Shown: piece after piece, positions 14,636 to 19,960 of the stretch
Layout: each line of letters starts with the position of its first letter
How positions within the stretch are numbered: the first letter of the stretch is position 1
Assembly: GCA_037446635.1 (NCBI GenBank)
Contig: JBBIIG010000068.1
Location: 1-19,960 of the forward strand
Length of the DNA: 19,960 bases
Origin: a bacterium
Lineage (GTDB): Bacteria > Zhuqueibacterota > Zhuqueibacteria > Oceanimicrobiales > Oceanimicrobiaceae
Direction: 5' to 3'
Made by a program: the position numbers and the translations under genes
Notes under the pieces: model-generated
Seen by the model: the letters and a program-made list of their open reading frames with translations, nothing else
The model's database searches: none
Told to the model about the DNA's origin: nothing

Positions 14636-17116
14636 TCAGGAGCTTAAGATTTTATTTATTTTTTCAATCAGCGCCATGGGCTGATACGGCTTTTGGATGA
14701 AATCGGTGAAAGCGGCAGACGATAACTTTGCCGCCGCTTCGTTGAAGCCGTAGCCGCTGGAAAGCACCACCGGCATGTTCGGCCGTAACCTCCGAATCTG
14801 CTGCAAGGTGCGCTTGCCGTTTAAAATGGGCATGGTTAGATCCAGCAGCACGATGCGTATCTGGTTGTGGTTGTTCTCGAAGATCTGCAGCCCCTCTTTA
14901 CCGTTGCGCGCCGTGAAAACGGTGAAGCCGAATTTGCGCAAAAGTTTTTGCGCTACGATGCGCGCTGGCTCCTCATCGTCAATCACCAGCGCCGCGCCGT
15001 TTCCCAGGTGAGTGATGTCATTTTTCGGCTTGCTTTTGTTTGTCGTCAGCGGTTTATGGGAGACTGGGAACAGCACCCGCATGGTGGTGCCTTTGCCCGG
15101 TGCGCTATTTACTTTGATGGCGCCGTGGTGGCTGAGGATGATGCCCATCACCGCCGCCAGCCCCAGGCCGCGGCCGGCGAATTTGGTGGAAAAGAAGGGA
15201 TCGAAAATTTTAGATTGGGTTTCGGCGTCCATGCCGCAGCCCGTGTCCGAGACTTCTAGGAACACGTATTTGCCTTCCGGCAAATCGCCATAAATGTAGG
15301 CGTCGCTGAGATACTGGCGGCTAACATCGGCGGCGCCGGTGGCGACGACGATCTCGCCGGCTTTATCGCCGACGGCGTCGGAGGCGTTGGTGACCAGGTT
15401 GATGAGAATTTGCCGGATCTGCGCGGCGTCGCCTTCCACCGCTGGCAGCGGCTGCGCGAGCCGGTAGCTCAGGTGGACGTTTTTGGAGACGACGGTTTTC
15501 AGCAATTGGCTCATTTCTTGAATGAGGCTCGACAGGTTGAGCACCTCCAGCGAGTAGCTGCCGCGGCCGGCGTAGGCCAGAAGCTGAGTGGTGAGCTGAG
15601 CGGCGTCGAGGGCCGCCAGTTCAATCAGCTTGACGCTCTCCCGCAGCGGCGAATCCGACGGCAGCTCCATCAACATCATGCCGGCGTTGCCGAGCACGCC
15701 GGTGAGCAGATTGTTGAAGTCGTGGGCGATGCCGCCGGCCAACACTCCTAAGCTTTCTAATTTTTGCGTATGCAAAAGTTGCGCTTCTAATTTTTTGCGT
15801 TCTTCTTCGATGCGCTTGACATCGGTGATGTCTTCGCAGACGATGAGCACAAAAACCCCGTCGTCTTTTTTTATTCCACGTGCAATCTCTTTAACCCACA
15901 AGATGGCGCCGTCGCGGCGAACTTTGCGAAACTGCCATTGAAAAACCAGGTTGGGATTGTGCACGCAGCGCTCGAGCTGCACTTTGACCGCGGGTTTGTC
16001 TTCTTCATAAAAAACATCTAACACCGATCGCCCGATCAAGTCTTGCGGGCGGTAGCCCAACTGTTCTGCGCCGAATTGGTTCACGGTGATGACGCGGCCG
16101 GCGGCATCGACGGTAAAATACATCGACGGCGTATTTTCATATAACTCACGATAGCGCTCTTCGCTCTCCCGCAGCGCCCGCTCGACGCGTTTGCGCTCGG
16201 CAATTTCCGATTGCAGTTGTTGGTTGATGAATTCGATTTCCGCGGCGCGGTTCTCTAACTTCTGCGCGCGCAGGCGCTGTTCTTCCGCCAATTTGCTGTC
16301 GGTGATGTCGGTGTCCGAGCCAGTCATGCGAATCGCGTTGCCGGCGGAGTTGCGCGTCGCCGTGCCGCGCGCTAAAAGCCAGCGGACGCTGCCGTCTTTA
16401 TGAATCATGCGGTGCTCGACTTCATAGAAGGGCGTTTTGCCTTCGATGTGCGCCTGCGCTTTGGCCATCACCAGCTCGCGATCGTCCGGGTGGACGCGCT
16501 GCAGCCAGTCATCCATGTGGTTTTGGATTTCGTGATCCTCGAAGCCGAGGATAGCTTTCAAGCTGGGGGAAAGATAAATTTCGTTGGTGATGAGATCGAG
16601 TTCCCAGATGCCAACTTTGCCGGCGCTGATGGCGAGCGCGAAGCGTTCTTCGCTGATGCGCAAGGCCTCTTCTGCATGTTTGCGCTGAGTGGCGTCGCGA
16701 ATGATGGTGCGCACGGCGAAGGGGATGCCGTTTTTATCCAAAACAAACGAGCTCTGCGTTTCGGCGAGAAAGCAGGCGCCATCTTTTTTGCACATGGTGA
16801 ACTCGTAGAGAATTTGATGGCTCGTGCGCTTGTACGGTTTCTGCTCGCGGATGCTTTCGGAAACATAACTCTGCACGATTTGCACCGCACGCTCGAATTC
16901 GTTTTCGCCAAAAAGAGCTTCTATCGCGATCCCTTTGGAGAAATCGTCGCAGCTGTAGCCGAACAGCGCGTAGGCCATCTGGTTCATATACAGCAAACGC
17001 GGGTTGATGATATCGATCTCCAACAGGGCGTCGGGGAGATAATAAAGCAGGTCGTCGTATTTTTCCTTTAACTCGTTGAGCTCGGCGGTGAGCTGAGCTT
17101 TGGTTTTATTATTCAT
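14636..17116 (-). CDS. Cytoplasmic hybrid sensor histidine kinase (3 PAS/PAC, HisKA, HATPase, REC; CckA-like architecture)
   Basis: Three PAS domains ending IIRDAT, DTDIT, CEDIT. H-box GGIAHDFNNLL, N-box NLVTNASDA, DTGCGM, IFDPFFSTK, GRGLGL. REC with LLDLTMP and IQKP. No TM segment. Confidence 0.96.
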   Translation of the reverse strand: MNNKTKAQLTAELNELKEKYDDLLYYLPDALLEIDIINPRLLYMNQMAYALFGYSCDDFSKGIAIEALFGENEFERAVQIVQSYVSESIREQKPYKRTSHQILYEFTMCKKDGACFLAETQSSFVLDKNGIPFAVRTIIRDATQRKHAEEALRISEERFALAISAGKVGIWELDLITNEIYLSPSLKAILGFEDHEIQNHMDDWLQRVHPDDRELVMAKAQAHIEGKTPFYEVEHRMIHKDGSVRWLLARGTATRNSAGNAIRMTGSDTDITDSKLAEEQRLRAQKLENRAAEIEFINQQLQSEIAERKRVERALRESEERYRELYENTPSMYFTVDAAGRVITVNQFGAEQLGYRPQDLIGRSVLDVFYEEDKPAVKVQLERCVHNPNLVFQWQFRKVRRDGAILWVKEIARGIKKDDGVFVLIVCEDITDVKRIEEERKKLEAQLLHTQKLESLGVLAGGIAHDFNNLLTGVLGNAGMMLMELPSDSPLRESVKLIELAALDAAQLTTQLLAYAGRGSYSLEVLNLSSLIQEMSQLLKTVVSKNVHLSYRLAQPLPAVEGDAAQIRQILINLVTNASDAVGDKAGEIVVATGAADVSRQYLSDAYIYGDLPEGKYVFLEVSDTGCGMDAETQSKIFDPFFSTKFAGRGLGLAAVMGIILSHHGAIKVNSAPGKGTTMRVLFPVSHKPLTTNKSKPKNDITHLGNGAALVIDDEEPARIVAQKLLRKFGFTVFTARNGKEGLQIFENNHNQIRIVLLDLTMPILNGKRTLQQIRRLRPNMPVVLSSGYGFNEAAAKLSSAAFTDFIQKPYQPMALIEKINKILSS

Positions 17117-17162
17117 GATCGGTCATTTATTTTCGTTTGCATCCCGCCCGGAGGTGCGTTAA

Positions 17163-17195
17163 AATTGCCTGGCACTTTTGAAGTGCCAGGCAATT
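17163..17195. repeat. 33-bp nested palindrome AATTGCCTGGCACTT-TTG-AAGTGCCAGGCAATT (may also terminate the minus-strand transcript)
   Basis: Perfect 15-bp arms, each containing TGC-NNN-GCA, 30 nt after the aminotransferase stop. Confidence 0.85.
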
Positions 17196-17225
17196 CCCTG
17201 CGTCAAAAATCACCGTGAGAAAAAA

Positions 17226-18380
17226 TCACTTCAAAACCTGGCGCAGCTTCGCGATGACGGCATCGAGATCGCCGTACGAAATCGTTAGCGGCGGAAACAC
17301 TCGAATCACCGAGTTGCCCGCCGGGAACACCAGCAGCCCGATTTCCTGCAATTGTAAAATCAGCGGCCGCGCCTCTTCTTTTACTTCGATGCCGATCATG
17401 AGCCCCGGCCCGCGCACCGCCACCACCTTGCTCAAACTTTCGGCGCGAAAATTTTCTCGAAAATACTCGCCCTTTTCTTGCGCCTGCCGATCGAGTTTAT
17501 TTTCGATCATAAAATCGATCACAGCGTTGGCGGCAGCGCAGGCCAGCGGGTTGCCGCCGAAGGTGGTGCCGTGTTTGCCCGCCGGTATTTCTATTTTTTC
17601 CGAGCATAACACCGCGCCCATGGGCAGGCCGCCGGCGAGGGCTTTGGCGAGGCACATCATGTCGGGCTGCAGATCGAAATGCTGGCAGGCGAAGAATTTG
17701 CCGGTGCGGCAAAATCCGGATTGAATTTCATCAACGATGAACAGGATGCCGGCCTGGTCGCACAAATTTCGAACGTTGTGAAAATACTCCGCGGAGCCCT
17801 CGTGGATGCCGCCCTCGCCCTGAACGATTTCCAAAATGACGCCGGCGGTGTTGGGAGTAACCGCCTGTTTGAGTTTCTCAAAATTGTTGAACGGGACGAA
17901 ATGAAACCCCGGCACCAGCGGCTCGAAGCCGTCGCGGTACTCGGGCCGGTACGTGGCGCTGAGAGCGCCGAGGGTGCGGCCGTGAAAAGCCTTTTCGGCG
18001 ACGATGAAATCGGTGCGCCTGGTGACGAAGCGGGCAAACTTGATGGCGGCCTCGATGCTTTCCGCGCCGGAGTTGCAGAAGAATACCCGTTTCAAACTGG
18101 CAGGGGTGAGGTCCACCAACTTTTTGCACAACCGCGCGCGTTCATCGTTGTAAAATGAATTCGAGCAGGTGATCAGGCGCGCCGCCTGCTGGCTGATGGC
18201 CGCGGCTACTTTCGGGTTGGCGTGGCCGAGGTTGGCGACGCCGTTGCCGGAAACGCAGTCGAGGTACTCGCTGCCGCGGTCATCCCAGACCCGGGCGTTT
18301 TCCCCGCGCACCAGAGTGAGGGTGCGTTTGGCGTACACGTTGAGGGAGTAGCTTTTTTCTAATTCGAGGTAATTTTCCAT
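17226..18380 (-). CDS. Class III PLP aminotransferase, acetylornithine (ArgD) / LysW-dependent (LysJ)-like
   Basis: FCNSGAESIEAAIKFAR, AFHGRTLGALSAT, IVDEIQSGFCRTG, AKALAGGLPMGA (PLP Lys), HGTTFGGNPLAC. Confidence 0.93.
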   Translation of the reverse strand: MENYLELEKSYSLNVYAKRTLTLVRGENARVWDDRGSEYLDCVSGNGVANLGHANPKVAAAISQQAARLITCSNSFYNDERARLCKKLVDLTPASLKRVFFCNSGAESIEAAIKFARFVTRRTDFIVAEKAFHGRTLGALSATYRPEYRDGFEPLVPGFHFVPFNNFEKLKQAVTPNTAGVILEIVQGEGGIHEGSAEYFHNVRNLCDQAGILFIVDEIQSGFCRTGKFFACQHFDLQPDMMCLAKALAGGLPMGAVLCSEKIEIPAGKHGTTFGGNPLACAAANAVIDFMIENKLDRQAQEKGEYFRENFRAESLSKVVAVRGPGLMIGIEVKEEARPLILQLQEIGLLVFPAGNSVIRVFPPLTISYGDLDAVIAKLRQVLK

Positions 18381-18394
18381 TGATGGACCGACAC

Positions 18395-18423
18395 AAAGTC
18401 CCCCTTAGCAAAGGGGAATTGAG
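18395..18423. repeat. C-run/G-run hairpin AAAGTCCCCCTTAGCAAAGGGGAATTGAG, related to 103-137
   Basis: Shares the AAAGTCCC start, a GCAAA core and a following G-run with the copy at 103-137. Confidence 0.55.
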
Positions 18424-18426
18424 ACT

Positions 18427-18455
18427 AATGTAAACAGCCGCCGCTCGATTCGCAA
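18427..18455 (-). promoter_or_regulatory. Candidate sigma70 promoter TTGCGA-17-TACATT for the aminotransferase
   Basis: -35 at 18455-18450, -10 at 18432-18427, 17-nt spacer. Confidence 0.45.
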
Positions 18456-18517
18456 GCGTTTTTTCCGGATGAGTTTCCGGTTGAGAATTGCTTGAGGGTG
18501 GCTTCGGTTTCATAAAC

Positions 18518-18543
18518 AAAAAACCCCCTAAAAAATTAGGGGG
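18518..18543 (-). terminator. Intrinsic terminator downstream of the RHH gene
   Basis: Minus strand reads CCCCCTAA-TTTT-TTAGGGGG followed by TTTTTTGTTT. Confidence 0.65.
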
Positions 18544-18562
18544 GACGGAATCCTAAAATTTG

Positions 18563-18616
18563 CCACAAAGACCACGAAGTTCACGGAGACTTCGTGCTCT
18601 TCGTGTACTTCGTGGT
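18563..18616. repeat. Hairpin of 9-bp CAC(G/A)AAGNN units (three direct, three inverted)
   Basis: CACAAAGAC CACGAAGTT CACGGAGAC followed by TTCGTGCTC TTCGTGTAC TTCGTGGT. Confidence 0.75.
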
Positions 18617-18651
18617 GAGCAATTCAGGCGAGCAGTCAGAGAGATGACAGA

Positions 18652-18864
18652 TTAGCGATCGTAAACATCTTCGTCTTTAATCCCACCGGGCGCCAGTGAA
18701 TTGGCCAGCATTCTCTTGCGAAAAATCATTATTTTTTTTGAGAGGATGTAATCCCGAATGGCGTTTTGGACGATTTGGCTTTTGGAGAGGCCTTCGACTT
18801 TGGCGAGCTTTTCAAGATCAGAGCGGATTTTTTCAGTTAAACAGACGGTGAGGTTTTGTTTCAT
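18652..18864 (-). CDS. Ribbon-helix-helix (CopG-like) protein, antitoxin-like
   Basis: Beta strand NLTVCL, helices ...LEKLAKVEGLSKSQIVQNAIRDY, acidic tail DEDVY. AAGGAG upstream. Confidence 0.85.
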   Translation of the reverse strand: MKQNLTVCLTEKIRSDLEKLAKVEGLSKSQIVQNAIRDYILSKKIMIFRKRMLANSLAPGGIKDEDVYDR

Positions 18865-18935
18865 CAGCGAACTCCTTTTCGATTTGTCGGATACCGATCC
18901 GCCTTGCGGATTGATAAAGCCAAATTCCTAAAATC

Positions 18936-18984
18936 AAAAACCGCTGCCCGGATTCTATCCCAAAGGCTATCCAGGCAGCGGTTT
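18936..18984 (-). terminator. Intrinsic terminator after the gene ending at 19008
   Basis: Minus-strand stem AAACCGCTGCCTGGAT / ATCCGGGCAGCGGTTT then TTGATTTT. The only non-Watson-Crick pair is U-G on the minus strand, which supports this orientation. Confidence 0.75.
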
Positions 18985-19007
18985 ACGTGCGGAAGGTGAG
19001 AACTTTC

Positions 19008-19859
19008 TTAATTGCCCAAATAGACCAACTTGAAACCCAAAATCTTCACGCTCTCGGGACCGTCAATCGGGCCGTTGAGAAATTGCGGGTACTGCGCCGA
19101 GATTTTGGCGTAGTGGTAGAGGTCAATCACGTGGCTGCCGGCTGACAGATTGAACAAGCCGCACCCGCGGGTGGCGGTGTGCGGTTCGCCGGCTTCGTCC
19201 TCAACCACGCGGTTGGCGCCGGCGTTGGGGTTCTGGGGCGTCTTCACGTTGCCAGCGCCGTCGCGGATTTGCAGGTAAAAACTTTCGTTGCGCTGCTCGT
19301 CGCCGCTGTTGTACCACACTTCGGCCAGCACGCGGTAGCGGCCCGCGGTTTGGACTTCAAAGACGGCGGCGTTTTTCATTTCCATTCCGGCTTCGCCCTT
19401 ATCGGCCCGCACGCCGCTTTCCCCGAGGATCAGAATGTCCTCAACCGCAACCACGTCCGGCTCCACCACGTTGATGGTGTCGGACGCCGAAACGTAGCCG
19501 GCGCGGTTGAAGGCGGTGGCAGTTATGATGCGAATGCCGGGCGTGGTGAAGATGATCTCCTGGCTGCCCTCGGATTGCGGGTTGGAGACGTAATCGACCA
19601 CCAGGTAATCCGCGTTCTGGCTCACCCACGAAATGGTCGCCGGCGTATTGACGGTCACCTGCCGGGTGGTGGAAATCATCACCACCGGCAAAAGTGGCAG
19701 CGGCGCTTCTTTTACGTAAACCGAATCGCGGCGAGTGGTGCGGACGTTGTCATCGCTGTACGCCGTCGCGGTGAAAACCTTTTTGCCCGTGCTCTGAAAA
19801 TAGATTTCCTCCGAGCCGATGGGTCCGCGGGCGCCCACGCCCTGATCGATGAAGACTAG
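19008..19859 (-). pseudogene. 3' part of a beta-rich (Ig/PKD-like repeat) extracellular-type protein, 5' end interrupted
   Basis: Repeated modules (FTATAYS..D.VYV; ISWVSQNADYLVVD...ITATAFN..DTINV). The coding-like frame extends upstream of GTG 19838 as LVFIDQGVG, then meets TAA at 19872-19874. No SD or signal peptide. Confidence 0.65.
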
Positions 19860-19960
19860 CAGGCCATCATATTAAGAGAGAAAGACAGCTCTAACGACAA
19901 ATCCGTAGCTGTCGGAATGCGACGTCAGATTCAAAGTAAGAGGATTCTGGGGTTGGGGGG
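19860..19960. mobile_element. Probable end of an IS4-family insertion sequence; terminal IR CAGGCCATCATATTAAG (19860-19876)
   Basis: Abrupt loss of coding character here. The motif resembles IS4-family IRs as I recall them (IS231 CATGCCCATCAACTTAAG). The transposase and second IR are outside the window. Confidence 0.45.

Noticed and set aside
14636..17116. Calling the kinase CckA or a specific light/oxygen sensor
   Set aside because: The architecture is generic. There is no LOV NCRFL motif, and PAS ligands cannot be inferred by eye.
18887..18911. Small palindromes upstream of the RHH gene as an autoregulatory operator
   Set aside because: Arms are only 4-6 bp and could arise by chance.

Overview
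A bacterial chromosomal window with a mixed gene content, read from the sequence only. Signalling genes: a stand-alone receiver, a REC-PP2C(SpoIIE) phosphatase, a multi-TM PP2C phosphatase preceded by a lipoprotein, and a 3xPAS hybrid histidine kinase. Metabolic genes: fumC, an ArgD/LysJ-like class III aminotransferase and an M29-like peptidase. Also present are a GT2(GT21-like)/radical SAM/DUF1499 gene string, an orphan GspE/PilB ATPase with four MshEN-like motifs and a DUF3943 protein. Decayed or disrupted elements: a frameshifted MNT plus internally deleted HepT toxin-antitoxin pair, an orphan RHH antitoxin-like gene, a gene cut at its 5' end by an IS4-like terminal repeat, and a PP2C/kinase chimeric gene end at the left edge. 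The intergenic spaces are dense in short structured repeats, including three 33-bp nested palindromes of identical geometry, 7- and 8-bp tandem arrays, and 9-bp-unit hairpins. No rRNA, tRNA or CRISPR array was seen. I cannot demonstrate a new system. The best candidates are the nested palindrome family, the GT/radical SAM module and the lipoprotein plus membrane phosphatase pair.
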